Sequence record: PQ356295.1
Length of the DNA: 64,000 nt
Strand: one strand, 5' to 3'
Source of the DNA: Escherichia phage KKE7M
Part shown: positions 28,814 to 38,238 of the stretch, in pieces
Layout of the letters: each line of letters begins with the position of its first letter
Position numbering within the stretch: the stretch's first letter is position 1
Translations under genes and position numbers: made by a program
Notes under the pieces: model-generated
The model's database searches: none
What the model saw: only the letters and a program-made list of their open reading frames with translations
What the model was told of the DNA's origin: nothing

Positions 28814-29347
28814 ATGGGTTTTGATGACATGTTATTATATGAGGAGGCTTGTGTGAAAGAAGCTATGGCTTTACCAGTTTTATCTATTGATATTACAACA
28901 GTAGACACTTTTTCAGATTGTGAAACGTGTGGATCGTATTCATCTATTGTACATGAAGTCAGTGGGGATTTAGGCACTTACGAAGATGGAGATTATGCAA
29001 GTTGTTTAGGTGATAATCGAGATGGTGAAGTGGCGAATGTTGCAAACTGGATCGCTTCTAAGTTAAAAGAAAGAAATCGTCCGTTCCCTAATCTTCTTAC
29101 ACCAGAATCTATGCTTAAAGCTGAACAAGAGATGGATGACTATGGTTATAAAGTAGATTATGACTATAATGATCCTACTTATAAAAAATTGAGTGACAAG
29201 TATTGGGAACTAGCTAATGCTTATGATAAATACTACTCTACAGAAAACATTGTTAAATTATTTTTAGATTTTGGAGTAGAAATTAATTGGGATTTCGAAG
29301 AGGAAGAGCGTTACGATGCATCTTATTGGGAGGACGAGGGTGAATGA
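28814..29347 (+). CDS. hypothetical acidic protein (177 aa)
   Basis: ATG 28814 after GGAGGA. Confidence 0.5.
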   Translation: MGFDDMLLYEEACVKEAMALPVLSIDITTVDTFSDCETCGSYSSIVHEVSGDLGTYEDGDYASCLGDNRDGEVANVANWIASKLKERNRPFPNLLTPESMLKAEQEMDDYGYKVDYDYNDPTYKKLSDKYWELANAYDKYYSTENIVKLFLDFGVEINWDFEEEERYDASYWEDEGE

Positions 29348-30084
29348 TAGAACGAAAACCCTTACCAGATAGAGATTACTTGTTATCAAGGTTTAGTGTG
29401 GAGAATGGTCGTCTTGTTTGGAAACCTAAACCTTCTACAACAAAAGAGAACAAAAGGTGGAATAGCAGATACGCAGGGAAGATTGCAGGGACTATTGATA
29501 AAGTTGGTTACTCTCATGTCAAAATAGATGGTATTGTATATTTGGAGCACAGAATTTGTTTTAAAATGTATCATAATTACTGTCCAGATGTTATAGACCA
29601 TGACGACGGCAATAAACTTAATAATGCGGAAAGTAATTTATTGGATAGTAACTATTTATTAAATAATAACAATAGACACGTAGATGGGTTAGAAGGTATT
29701 TATGAAAAGGATGGTGTTTTTCTTTGGGTTATAAACTACAACCAAGAAACTTTCTCTGTTTCAGGTTTCAAAACTAAAGAGGAAGCTACTGTAGCTAGAG
29801 CTTTAGCAAAACAAGAAATTTTGAAAGGATCTTATATCAAAAAAGAAAAGAAGCGTATAGATAACACTTCAGGATTAAGTTGTGTGTTTGTGGCAACAAG
29901 AGAGAGAACATTCTTTTTCAAGTTTGTGTTTGACAAGACCGCTTATTGCAAATATGGTTTCAACGATCCAGAGAGATGTGCTATAGCTCTGGAGAAGTTA
30001 AGGTTGAAGGTGATGAAAGAAAAATATAAACCTGCAAATAAAAGCATTTGCGAAAAATATAAGGAGGAGATTTATGCCGCGTAG
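29344..30084 (+). CDS. HNH endonuclease-like protein (HNH_3-type, 246 aa)
   Basis: GYSHVKIDG...LEHRI...VIDHDDGNKLNNAESNL pattern. Confidence 0.5.
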   Translation: MIERKPLPDRDYLLSRFSVENGRLVWKPKPSTTKENKRWNSRYAGKIAGTIDKVGYSHVKIDGIVYLEHRICFKMYHNYCPDVIDHDDGNKLNNAESNLLDSNYLLNNNNRHVDGLEGIYEKDGVFLWVINYNQETFSVSGFKTKEEATVARALAKQEILKGSYIKKEKKRIDNTSGLSCVFVATRERTFFFKFVFDKTAYCKYGFNDPERCAIALEKLRLKVMKEKYKPANKSICEKYKEEIYAA

Positions 30085-30889
30085 AGTCATATTCATAACT
30101 GGCGCAGGACTATCTGTGGATAGCGGTATCCCAGCTTTTAGAACAGATACTTCTTCAGGGGAGGCGTTATGGTCTTCTTATGATCTTTCTGAGGTCTGTG
30201 ACATTTTCAACTTCCGTGATGGTTATCAGCAAGAACAAGGTGTTCTTGATGCTATGGGTGGTTTAGATGCGGAAGGATATAACCTCTACCGTAAAACTCA
30301 CGACTTTTACAATAAACGTCGCGTGGAATTAGCGAAAGTTGACCCGAATCCAGCACATCTTCAGATTGGAGAATGGTTCAAAAAATATGGCCCAGAACGA
30401 ATTCTTAACATTACTACTAACGTGGATGACCTCCTTGAACGAGCAGGAGTAAATAGGGAAGAAGTGCTACATGTGCACGGTTTTCTTCCTGAAATTACTT
30501 TTCAAAGAAAAGCTGGACAACCTACAATTGTAAAAGATGTTGGTTATCAAGCCATAGATGTAGATGACTACCATTATGTAAAACCTAATGTAATTTTCTT
30601 TGGAGAAGCTGCTCCACTTTACACAGATATGTATCATATTCTTGATACACTAACGGCTCAAGATATGGTTGTAGTAGTAGGATGTTCAAACCAAGTTATC
30701 AATTTTAATTGGGAATTATTCCCTGCACTTAATATGGGTACAAAAATGATCGTTGTTAACCCAGGAATTAATTACGAAGAAACTCTTCTTTACGAAGATA
30801 GAGGAGTCTTTGTTTATCGAGAAAAGGCCGCAGATGCTTTTAGCAATCCTGCTTTCATAAAAATGATAGAAGATCATTTGACTAAATAA
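30074..30889 (+). CDS. SIR2-family (sirtuin-like) protein lacking zinc-binding cysteines
   Basis: GAGLSVDSGIPAFR, NPAH, TTNVDDLLERAG, HVHG, VIFFGE, VVVGCS, VVNPGIN match sirtuin motifs; no CxxC...CxxC module. Confidence 0.75.
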   Translation: MPRRVIFITGAGLSVDSGIPAFRTDTSSGEALWSSYDLSEVCDIFNFRDGYQQEQGVLDAMGGLDAEGYNLYRKTHDFYNKRRVELAKVDPNPAHLQIGEWFKKYGPERILNITTNVDDLLERAGVNREEVLHVHGFLPEITFQRKAGQPTIVKDVGYQAIDVDDYHYVKPNVIFFGEAAPLYTDMYHILDTLTAQDMVVVVGCSNQVINFNWELFPALNMGTKMIVVNPGINYEETLLYEDRGVFVYREKAADAFSNPAFIKMIEDHLTK

Positions 30890-30896
30890 CTTAACC

Positions 30897-30920
30897 AAGG
30901 GGGCGAAAGCCCCTTTTCTT
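30897..30920 (+). terminator. rho-independent terminator
   Basis: AAGGGGGC-GAA-AGCCCCTTTTCTT. Confidence 0.65.
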
Positions 30921-30933
30921 ATAGGAGAATATT

Positions 30934-31191
30934 ATGACCACAGAACAAATCGTTAAAGACCATTTTATGATGCACTACGTTTATTACTTCAATAATAATC
31001 AGCAGAAAGGTGAGGGATTTTGTTATCTATCCGCACAACAAGGTTTTGGTATCCGTCAAGCAGATATTAACGGGGCAGTAGCTGGGATTACAAAAGGCTT
31101 GGTTGCAAACCTTAAAGATAATGTTGTTGTTGTCCCAACGTGCATTTCTTATCTCTCAACCTGTCCTGAAGAAGATTTTATGCATTCCTAA
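30934..31191 (+). CDS. hypothetical protein (85 aa)
   Basis: ORF with AGGAGA RBS. Confidence 0.45.
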   Translation: MTTEQIVKDHFMMHYVYYFNNNQQKGEGFCYLSAQQGFGIRQADINGAVAGITKGLVANLKDNVVVVPTCISYLSTCPEEDFMHS

Positions 31192-31257
31192 AACCTCCTG
31201 TAACGCATTCTAACGCACTTTTTATTTTAGTAATACGTTTCCCTACCTTATGCAAAC

Positions 31258-31293
31258 AAAAGCCCCTAGAAGCGATTCTAGGGGCTTTATTTT
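31258..31293. terminator. bidirectional terminator at convergence of plus and minus gene blocks
   Basis: AGCCCCTAGAA-GCG-ATTCTAGGGGCT hairpin flanked by A and T tracts. Confidence 0.65.
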
Positions 31294-31366
31294 AGTCTTC
31301 TGTAAAATATCCTATGACAACAATGATAAAGATGATTAACACTACAATACTCTCTAATAAAGTCAT

Positions 31367-31588
31367 CTATAGATCTCGTTCATATAGTTCAATTATCAAT
31401 TCATCCTCTGCTGTTATCGTACCAATTTGCCAAGTGTGAAGATAAACCTCTGTATAAGAGTGTATCTTACTATCTAACAAGCACAGCCACGTATTGTTGC
31501 TTACCTTTTCTTGAATATGAACCTTAACCACGAAAGGGTGAGGGTTATCTACTAAGAAACCAATACTACCTTCTACAACTACAGACAT
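31367..31588 (-). CDS. hypothetical protein (73 aa)
   Basis: ORF, minus strand. Confidence 0.45.
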   Translation of the reverse strand: MSVVVEGSIGFLVDNPHPFVVKVHIQEKVSNNTWLCLLDSKIHSYTEVYLHTWQIGTITAEDELIIELYERDL

Positions 31589-31647
31589 AATACCTCCTAT
31601 TGTTTATGCTAAAAGTGTTTATAACATATAAAGAGCATATATACAAG

Positions 31648-31667
31648 AAAACCCGCCGAAGCGGGTT
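31648..31667 (-). terminator. terminator hairpin AAACCCGC-CGAA-GCGGGTTT
   Basis: Downstream of minus gene ending 31674; T tract on minus strand. Confidence 0.55.
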
Positions 31668-31673
31668 TATGCG

Positions 31674-31997
31674 TCATACAATGTGTTTTGTTTTAACGTG
31701 CGAAGATTTAAAAATCTTGTTATGTAATGAAATACGATTATCACGGAACACATAATAGTTAGCAACATCTGGTTTATCAACACAGAGTGTAGCCACAACT
31801 TTCATAGGTATAGATACATTCTCACGAAGAGTAACACTACCTTTCAAACGTTCAGATGAAATGTGAATCAAACCTTCTTTTTCATCAATGATGACTTCTT
31901 TAACATTTTTGAAATTATAACAAGAGTTATCAATATAAGACACCCTTGCTTTTGTTTGCTTCTGTTTAGGACGAGAACCAGTGTTTATTTTTTGCAT
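31674..31997 (-). CDS. hypothetical protein (107 aa)
   Basis: ORF, minus strand. Confidence 0.5.
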   Translation of the reverse strand: MQKINTGSRPKQKQTKARVSYIDNSCYNFKNVKEVIIDEKEGLIHISSERLKGSVTLRENVSIPMKVVATLCVDKPDVANYYVFRDNRISLHNKIFKSSHVKTKHIV

Positions 31998-32005
31998 AGT
32001 TTTCC

Positions 32006-32293
32006 TTATTTGCTTTCACGAGCAAAATAATAATTTTCATATTCATTACGTGTAACGATTTCTGGATGATCAGGTTCACCGTAACTAAGTTTAACTTCAG
32101 GATACACTTTGGTGTTGAATAGACACGTAACACCTCTCATATAATATCCTGTAGGACTTAAAACAACATCATCTTCACTTACACTTGAGAATTTTATTTC
32201 ACCATTAGTATCTTTGACGACAATAAGAGCATGTTCAGGCCAATCAAGATTCTCTTCTTTTAGTTTTTCATAAACTTCTTGTACTAGTTCCAT
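32006..32293 (-). CDS. hypothetical protein (95 aa)
   Basis: ORF with GGAGG RBS. Confidence 0.5.
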   Translation of the reverse strand: MELVQEVYEKLKEENLDWPEHALIVVKDTNGEIKFSSVSEDDVVLSPTGYYMRGVTCLFNTKVYPEVKLSYGEPDHPEIVTRNEYENYYFARESK

Positions 32294-32302
32294 ATTGCCT
32301 CC

Positions 32303-32476
32303 TCAGATTACAAATTTTTCTTCTTCTGGTTTCTCGTAGTTGGGAGAATAAACGTGGGATGGATTAAAACCTTTAAAGCTACCTCGCCCTTTTCGTGGAC
32401 AATTGAACGTCTTAGCTTGGTGATCACCAAAAGATTTACCACAATGTACACATTTATAATTGGTATCTTTGAACAT
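32303..32476 (-). CDS. small zinc-finger protein (57 aa)
   Basis: CVHCGK...CPRKGRG; AGGAGAG RBS; preferred over overlapping 65-aa track ORF in another frame. Confidence 0.4.
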   Translation of the reverse strand: MFKDTNYKCVHCGKSFGDHQAKTFNCPRKGRGSFKGFNPSHVYSPNYEKPEEEKFVI

Positions 32477-32632
32477 TTTACTCTCCTTTGAAAGATAGGC
32501 TGCACAATAGTACAGCCTTTTAGAAAATTAGTGTTTAAATTTTTCGATTACTTCGTCAACTTTAGCGATGATAACATCCTGATACTTGTGACCAAAATAA
32601 CCAACAACAACACCAACAATAAACGTCATCAT

Positions 32633-33232
32633 TTACTTCTCCTTTTTAACTATAATGGCTTCTTCATTCAGAGTAAACAGCAAGGAAGATGTATCACCAA
32701 CACACCTTGCACCTGGAATGAGTTCTAAAATTTTAGAGGATATAGCAATAGTAGTGTCATCCAGTACGTATTCCCCAGGTAACAATCTTAATGTTATTGG
32801 AAAATCTACAGATGCCAGACCAGAGAACATCCCATCATTCAGAAGAATAACTTCTAAACCGCTATCTTCTTGTTGTGCATTATGCACTTTTTCAGGTAAG
32901 AAGTCAATACATTGATTTAAAATTTCTACATCTAATTCTACACCAGTCCTAGCCTTATAAACTCTAGCCAAATCTATGATCCGAGAATCAATGCTGGCGT
33001 AAGGAGATTCCAAGTGTTTTGGGTCAATAGGAGCAACGCGTAATTTACTATCGAGAGATATCCACGTTACAATCCACATTTCACCAACCCCAGGTTGATC
33101 TCGCGCAGTAAGGAATTCTACTAATGCTCCAGGATTAGGCATTATGTAATCTTGTGTGATCAACATGTTCTTTACTCGCAAAAGCATTCCTGGCTTTAGC
33201 AAGCCCTTCTCACCACTCCAATATTCTTTCAT
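32633..33232 (-). CDS. hypothetical protein (199 aa)
   Basis: Start refined to internal ATG with GGAG RBS. Confidence 0.5.
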   Translation of the reverse strand: MKEYWSGEKGLLKPGMLLRVKNMLITQDYIMPNPGALVEFLTARDQPGVGEMWIVTWISLDSKLRVAPIDPKHLESPYASIDSRIIDLARVYKARTGVELDVEILNQCIDFLPEKVHNAQQEDSGLEVILLNDGMFSGLASVDFPITLRLLPGEYVLDDTTIAISSKILELIPGARCVGDTSSLLFTLNEEAIIVKKEK

Positions 33233-33245
33233 TTTTACTCCTGAT

Positions 33246-33518
33246 TTAATGTCGTAGTTCACTAAACTTACAAACAAAGTGAACGTTAAGAAAAGTTAGT
33301 TTTCGATCTGGTGTAAACTCTGTTACTGTTTTATACACCTGTGCAATACCGAACCTGTTGACAGCAGGTACTGACAATTGGCTTATACACTTTATAGCTG
33401 ATAGTTTTGCCTCTTCTTCAGATGCAAAATAAGTAAACATACCTTCTTCGTCAACTATAATTTCTTGTGTAACGCAATCTACAAAACAAAAGAAAACGTT
33501 AGGTAATTTTTCCGACAT
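33246..33518 (-). CDS. hypothetical protein (90 aa)
   Basis: Start refined to MSEKLPN. Confidence 0.45.
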   Translation of the reverse strand: MSEKLPNVFFCFVDCVTQEIIVDEEGMFTYFASEEEAKLSAIKCISQLSVPAVNRFGIAQVYKTVTEFTPDRKLTFLNVHFVCKFSELRH

Positions 33519-33519
33519 A

Positions 33520-33732
33520 TTAGTTGTTCCTGTACTTAGAGAACAAAGTATTGACCAACCAATCAGCAAACAGTAGTCCAAGTGTACCAATACCGTAACC
33601 AATAAGCATAATGTAAGGCACGGCTTTATTTTCATTACCTGTCATTACTTCAGGAAAAATCAAAAATACGATACCGTTACCAACGATAATCCAGAACATA
33701 AGAAACACAAAAATACGAAGCAACATTGTCAT
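33520..33732 (-). CDS. small membrane protein, two predicted TM helices (70 aa)
   Basis: Hydrophobic stretches FVFLMFWIIVG and LIGYGIGTLGLLF. Confidence 0.5.
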   Translation of the reverse strand: MTMLLRIFVFLMFWIIVGNGIVFLIFPEVMTGNENKAVPYIMLIGYGIGTLGLLFADWLVNTLFSKYRNN

Positions 33733-33733
33733 A

Positions 33734-33916
33734 TTATTCTTCCTCCTTCACTTCTTCAACTTTACGAAGCATACGTTTATCAAATGTAGCTTTCTGTAGT
33801 TGCTCATTAACATCAAACCACACTACTTCGCAAGTATCATAAGTAGATACCATTACAGTCATTAACATTTCTTCACTGGCAAGACGTACAATATCACCTG
33901 TTTTAATATTTACCAT
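33734..33916 (-). CDS. hypothetical protein (60 aa)
   Basis: ORF abutting neighbours. Confidence 0.4.
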   Translation of the reverse strand: MVNIKTGDIVRLASEEMLMTVMVSTYDTCEVVWFDVNEQLQKATFDKRMLRKVEEVKEEE

Positions 33917-34320
33917 AACTCCTCCAGAAGTTTACCAAGTTTAGTTTTAAATTCATTATCCCACGCTGTGCTAACTATGTCAAGATTACCTTGTGAATTA
34001 CGTTTTGTCTCTAAATAGTAACCACCACGCTCATAGCGATGTTTTATATGCTCGATCAGACGTTCTTTATCACTCTTAGATAAATAATCATCAAACTCCC
34101 CATTGAAAAGATCTAAGATTGTTTGTCTATTATCTCCTAATTGAGTGATTCTAAAACTAATCAAACATCCCTGTAAACCTATATCTGTTTGTTTAAGGGA
34201 AAACCCATGACCAAAGCCGCCTGTAACTATAACAAGCGGTTTTCCTGTGATAGAGCTTTTAATAACATCTTGCTTAGGTTCTGCCAAAGATGTTAGAAAC
34301 CCTTTTAACCATTTGAACAT
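33910..34320 (-). CDS. hypothetical protein (136 aa)
   Basis: ORF. Confidence 0.5.
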   Translation of the reverse strand: MFKWLKGFLTSLAEPKQDVIKSSITGKPLVIVTGGFGHGFSLKQTDIGLQGCLISFRITQLGDNRQTILDLFNGEFDDYLSKSDKERLIEHIKHRYERGGYYLETKRNSQGNLDIVSTAWDNEFKTKLGKLLEELW

Positions 34321-34425
34321 AAACTCTCCTATGTGGCGTGGCTTTGCCTAAGCGCCGAAGGCGCGGATCAAATATAAGCTGAATTTATTACGCCCAGGTA
34401 GCCAGGGCGCATAAATATCAGAAAT

Positions 34426-34674
34426 TTACCATCGAATAACTATTCGAGTAAAGTTTTCATCGTAGTGGGATGTTTCTGTATCAATAAAAGTTGAAAAACC
34501 TTCAGCATCCAAGCTAACTTTTACAAAAGTTGGATAAAGCGTGTAGATAGCAACTTCTCTGTCCCCGTCTTTAGCTGCTCTCTCAATATACGCGTAGATA
34601 TTTTGTAAACTCTCCTTTGCTTTGTTAAGTTCTGCGTTTTCTGCCAGTTCTCTCATTTTATCTGCTACAGTCAT
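34426..34674 (-). CDS. hypothetical protein (82 aa)
   Basis: ORF. Confidence 0.45.
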   Translation of the reverse strand: MTVADKMRELAENAELNKAKESLQNIYAYIERAAKDGDREVAIYTLYPTFVKVSLDAEGFSTFIDTETSHYDENFTRIVIRW

Positions 34675-34943
34675 TTGTCAGTATCCTTTTCAATAAAGCC
34701 TGTGGTTTTACAAGGTACACATTCATACATTTGTCCAACATCTGCAACCACCCAACCCATTCCACTGCAATAAGGACATATTGTTTTGTTCTCTTTAGCA
34801 TACACAGCCAGAAGTCTTTCTTCTAGCTTATTGTAATCAGCAAGAAGAACATAATCCCCTTCTGGATCTGGTACAATATCACATTGACCAGCAGCACCTT
34901 GGCTGTACACCTCTAAACCATATCGTGTAACCATTATTCCCAC
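34671..34943 (-). CDS. hypothetical Cys-rich protein (90 aa)
   Basis: CPYCSG...CVPCKTTG zinc-ribbon-like. Confidence 0.45.
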   Translation of the reverse strand: MGIMVTRYGLEVYSQGAAGQCDIVPDPEGDYVLLADYNKLEERLLAVYAKENKTICPYCSGMGWVVADVGQMYECVPCKTTGFIEKDTDK

Positions 34944-35152
34944 TCCGCAATCAGTTTTGGATTTTCTGCACGAGAATAGAATGTTGTAATGTCACCGTAA
35001 GTGTACTCTTGTTCTGACAGCTTTACAAGAGAGATCATTTCACGATCTGGAGTACCAGAGATCCAATCAAATACAGCAACACCTCGTGGTGTTACATAGA
35101 AACCAGATGTATTACCCGTAAACTTATCTTTTGCTTTATATAATTTGTACAC
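34934..35152 (-). CDS. hypothetical protein (72 aa)
   Basis: GTG start after GAGGAG. Confidence 0.45.
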   Translation of the reverse strand: MYKLYKAKDKFTGNTSGFYVTPRGVAVFDWISGTPDREMISLVKLSEQEYTYGDITTFYSRAENPKLIAEWE

Positions 35153-35209
35153 TTTCTACTCCTCATAGATAAAATCTATTAAAAACCTGCTATCAATCAG
35201 TATAAACAG

Positions 35210-35310
35210 TTTTACTTTTCGTAAAAAACATGCTACCCTAATCTTATATACCGAGCGATAGCGAGGTAGAGAATATTCCATGTTATACATGGAAAGAGTA
35301 TATGTAATGT
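35210..35310 (+). repeat. conserved noncoding element, copy A (promoter-like TTTACT-N17-TACCCT plus GAGCGATAGCGAG)
   Basis: Shares 18-mer AAAAACATGCTACCCTAA and extended similarity with 63039-63150. Confidence 0.5.
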
Positions 35311-35359
35311 TACTAACTCTATAACTAACTATATACTCTTTATATCTTACTTACTACTC

Positions 35360-35623
35360 TTATTGCAGTTCAAAGATATCCCCATCTCCATCATATCCAT
35401 ACTCTAACTCTCCTGTATCATATAATACAATAAAGTCTGTATCATCTTCAATAAAAGATTTAGCATAATCTACTAACTCTTCATTATCTTCATAACCTTC
35501 CAGGTACTCAATACGACCATTGATACACTTAGCTGCAACAATTCCTGGGCCATTGCTTGGAGTCCACTCACTGTATACTCGCATCCCTAATTCTTTAATC
35601 ATTGTTTGTCTCCTCATAATCAA
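35360..35623 (-). CDS. hypothetical acidic protein (87 aa)
   Basis: ORF. Confidence 0.45.
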   Translation of the reverse strand: MIMRRQTMIKELGMRVYSEWTPSNGPGIVAAKCINGRIEYLEGYEDNEELVDYAKSFIEDDTDFIVLYDTGELEYGYDGDGDIFELQ

Positions 35624-35819
35624 TGTAATTGTAACACTTATTCTTTAAGAAATCTTCTGCTTGTTTATTGTGTTTTAGAATGGTGCACTTCTCTATATTG
35701 TGTTCTACATTATTATGTAGCTTGTATAAGTTAGATGCACCATACAGAATACCAATTAACAAAAGCAAAAAGATTGCTGTTGATAACAAAAATTGTTGCA
35801 ACTTGTTTACAGACTTCAT
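35595..35819 (-). CDS. small membrane protein (74 aa)
   Basis: Hydrophobic segment LLSTAIFLLLLIGILYG. Confidence 0.45.
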   Translation of the reverse strand: MKSVNKLQQFLLSTAIFLLLLIGILYGASNLYKLHNNVEHNIEKCTILKHNKQAEDFLKNKCYNYIDYEETNND

Positions 35820-35872
35820 AAACCCTCCTTATCGTTAGTACATACTGATACTAACAAGAAGTTAAGATCGTG

Positions 35873-36046
35873 TCAACATCTTTGTGTTAATTTTATCCAC
35901 TGTTCACATTCCTCTTTTGTGTCATACTCTACAGGCTTCCCTGTATCATTTCCACAACCATCTCCGAACGTAGCCCACCAGGAGAATAGAAAACAAGTTT
36001 CTCTTACTCTCCACTTATTGGCATAGGGTACAACATAATAACTCAT
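35873..36046 (-). CDS. small Cys-rich protein (57 aa)
   Basis: ATG overlapping upstream stop (ATGA); below ORF-track cutoff. Confidence 0.3.
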   Translation of the reverse strand: MSYYVVPYANKWRVRETCFLFSWWATFGDGCGNDTGKPVEYDTKEECEQWIKLTQRC

Positions 36047-36294
36047 AAGATTGTGATCCTTAGCTCATTTTCTAAGGTATGTCTCACACACTCTTTGAAA
36101 TTGTTATCAATATACACCACACGTACTCCATGAGGTGTGTCTTTACATTCAAACACATTATATACAGTATCAGATAAGACATGTTGTACGTTTACTTGTC
36201 CAATGCCATCTTTAACCACAACCATTACTTTCAGTAAACTTGTATGGTTTTTAACTTCATCTTCTACGTATGCTACAACATCTTTGATATTCAT
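36043..36294 (-). CDS. hypothetical protein (83 aa)
   Basis: ORF. Confidence 0.45.
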   Translation of the reverse strand: MNIKDVVAYVEDEVKNHTSLLKVMVVVKDGIGQVNVQHVLSDTVYNVFECKDTPHGVRVVYIDNNFKECVRHTLENELRITIL

Positions 36295-36590
36295 GGTTTC
36301 TCCTGTTTAAGTACGATATAAGATTGACGAGATTTCCATCGCCCTATCTTAACAAGGCAAATAATGCCTCTCTTTAACAAATATTTCATATCTTCGTCAT
36401 AAGCTGTTTGCAATTGCCACTTACTGTTAACAGGAAGCGAACCATGTACCCTTAAATGAGCTAACAAATACTTTCTTCGCTCTTTTCCATAAGGCAGGTA
36501 TTGCCATTCTTTCTTTGATACAGGTTCATGTACTTTGCGATGCCAGTAAGTAAGGTGTCTTCTTTTATGTAAACCCCTATTCCTTACCAT
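36291..36590 (-). CDS. hypothetical basic protein (99 aa)
   Basis: Arg/Lys/His-rich. Confidence 0.45.
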   Translation of the reverse strand: MVRNRGLHKRRHLTYWHRKVHEPVSKKEWQYLPYGKERRKYLLAHLRVHGSLPVNSKWQLQTAYDEDMKYLLKRGIICLVKIGRWKSRQSYIVLKQEKP

Positions 36591-36829
36591 TATACCTCTA
36601 CCTCCGTTACCCCAGGATCTCTAGTCCAGGTGTAGTAGAGCATACCATCTTCTTTCAGTGCAATGCGATCACTTTCGTCTCGAAGATATAGGTCACAAAC
36701 CACACGCAGTTGCGGATCTGATCCTAGTAGTTCGGAAACAATAAAGTCATCACCACTCATACGAGCAACAATCACTGCATATTGACCAGTATCTTCATCA
36801 AAAATTGGTTGTCCGATGTTTAATTGCAT
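36590..36829 (-). CDS. hypothetical protein (79 aa)
   Basis: ORF. Confidence 0.45.
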   Translation of the reverse strand: MQLNIGQPIFDEDTGQYAVIVARMSGDDFIVSELLGSDPQLRVVCDLYLRDESDRIALKEDGMLYYTWTRDPGVTEVEV

Positions 36830-37016
36830 TGTGTTGTCTCCTTATTCAGTACGTTGTTTTGTGCTGCGCACCAGCACTCATAAAAACCTTGGGTTAATGG
36901 CATAGTGTAGTTTCCAGAAGGATCTCTTTCGAGATCCCCCATCTGCATAACAACCACTACCTAAGAACCATTTTTCAAAATCGGATAAATCATCCCAATC
37001 TACACTATGTTTCATA

Positions 37017-37508
37017 TTATACAGTCTTATACCCGACAATAGCAACCTGATTCGTAGGCTTCCAACGACCAATAATCTCACCAGAAATCTCTGTGCTACT
37101 GTTTATGTATTGGTAATGGGTATCATCATGATTAACCCACGCCATAATGTCAAGGGTAGGGGTTTTCACGTGTACCAGTAGTGTAGCCCATTCTGGGGCT
37201 TCTTTAATATCCACAGAATCTTGCCAATCTTCTTCGATGTGCCAAGTAGGTTCACCATCAACATCTGTAACGAAGAAACGAGCTTTCATACGTTTAAAGA
37301 ACATTGGTGTATACCCATGATCGCACTCTGGGATAAAATCATCCATCGTCTCGTCATAGGTGAAATATTGTCCATCTTTGTAATGAAAAGATGCACAAAA
37401 CAGTTCATTACGAGCAGGAACATGCCATACAGCTACAAAACTACGACCATGTGGATAATGTTTAACCTCTTGCATAGTTTTCTCCTTATTTTTATTCAAA
37501 AGAATCAA
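37017..37508 (-). CDS. hypothetical protein (163 aa)
   Basis: ORF. Confidence 0.5.
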   Translation of the reverse strand: MILLNKNKEKTMQEVKHYPHGRSFVAVWHVPARNELFCASFHYKDGQYFTYDETMDDFIPECDHGYTPMFFKRMKARFFVTDVDGEPTWHIEEDWQDSVDIKEAPEWATLLVHVKTPTLDIMAWVNHDDTHYQYINSSTEISGEIIGRWKPTNQVAIVGYKTV

Positions 37509-37836
37509 TTCGATTTTGTTCTATGTCAATTGCAGCATCTAGGATAAGTTTTAATGCTTCAAATTGCAAGTGTTCTTCTAAAGAGAAGACATATAAAACA
37601 ACGGATTCCAAGTAAGACAGCACCCCAAGACTAAGAGTTGCAATTTCTACTCCTGCATCGGAGAAGCCTGTTTGCAAAACTTCTTTGAAGAAACGTTGTT
37701 TATCAACAATAGCAGATAAAATAAGCGTTTTACGCTCCTCTGCTGATCGTACTGTGCAGTATATGTTGCTAAAAGAGTCCAGCCACATTTTGATCATACC
37801 TTGTCGGTACATAAGGATTTCAATATCAGCCAACAT
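37492..37836 (-). CDS. hypothetical protein (114 aa)
   Basis: Start refined to ATG with GAGGAG RBS. Confidence 0.45.
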   Translation of the reverse strand: MLADIEILMYRQGMIKMWLDSFSNIYCTVRSAEERKTLILSAIVDKQRFFKEVLQTGFSDAGVEIATLSLGVLSYLESVVLYVFSLEEHLQFEALKLILDAAIDIEQNRIDSFE

Positions 37837-37837
37837 A

Positions 37838-38005
37838 TTATTTCTCCTCTGGAGAGAGATTCGAATTGATTTGATAGTAAAAATCAAAATCCTTGTGTTG
37901 ATTGCACCATTCTTGAGCTTCTTTAAACGACGCAAATTGCATAGTGAATGTTGCCATCCACGTGTTCATATTTTTATTGAACTTGTCGATAAAAAATGTT
38001 TGCAT
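37838..38005 (-). CDS. hypothetical protein (55 aa)
   Basis: ATG with GGGAGG RBS. Confidence 0.35.
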   Translation of the reverse strand: MQTFFIDKFNKNMNTWMATFTMQFASFKEAQEWCNQHKDFDFYYQINSNLSPEEK

Positions 38006-38238
38006 TATTCCTCCCATTTTATCCAAAGGCAGTATTCTGGAACATAAACCTCTTTCCCTTTGTTATTCACAAAGGTGTACTCCACAAATTCTGCTTTATA
38101 TGTTTTGTTATATTCCTGTGCTGCTGGCACAGGACATTTTGTAATGCGCGTTTCAGTCCAACGGCGGTGTATAACCGCCTTGTTCTTTGGATCAAACGGA
38201 TGTATAAAGTGTGTTTTACTCATGTGCCATTTCCACAA
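38005..38238 (-). CDS. hypothetical protein (77 aa)
   Basis: ORF. Confidence 0.45.
   Translation of the reverse strand: MWKWHMSKTHFIHPFDPKNKAVIHRRWTETRITKCPVPAAQEYNKTYKAEFVEYTFVNNKGKEVYVPEYCLWIKWEE

Noticed and set aside
32308-32505. 65-aa minus-strand track ORF
   Set aside because: A different frame at the same locus encodes a zinc-finger protein with a good RBS (32303-32476); the track ORF has no RBS.
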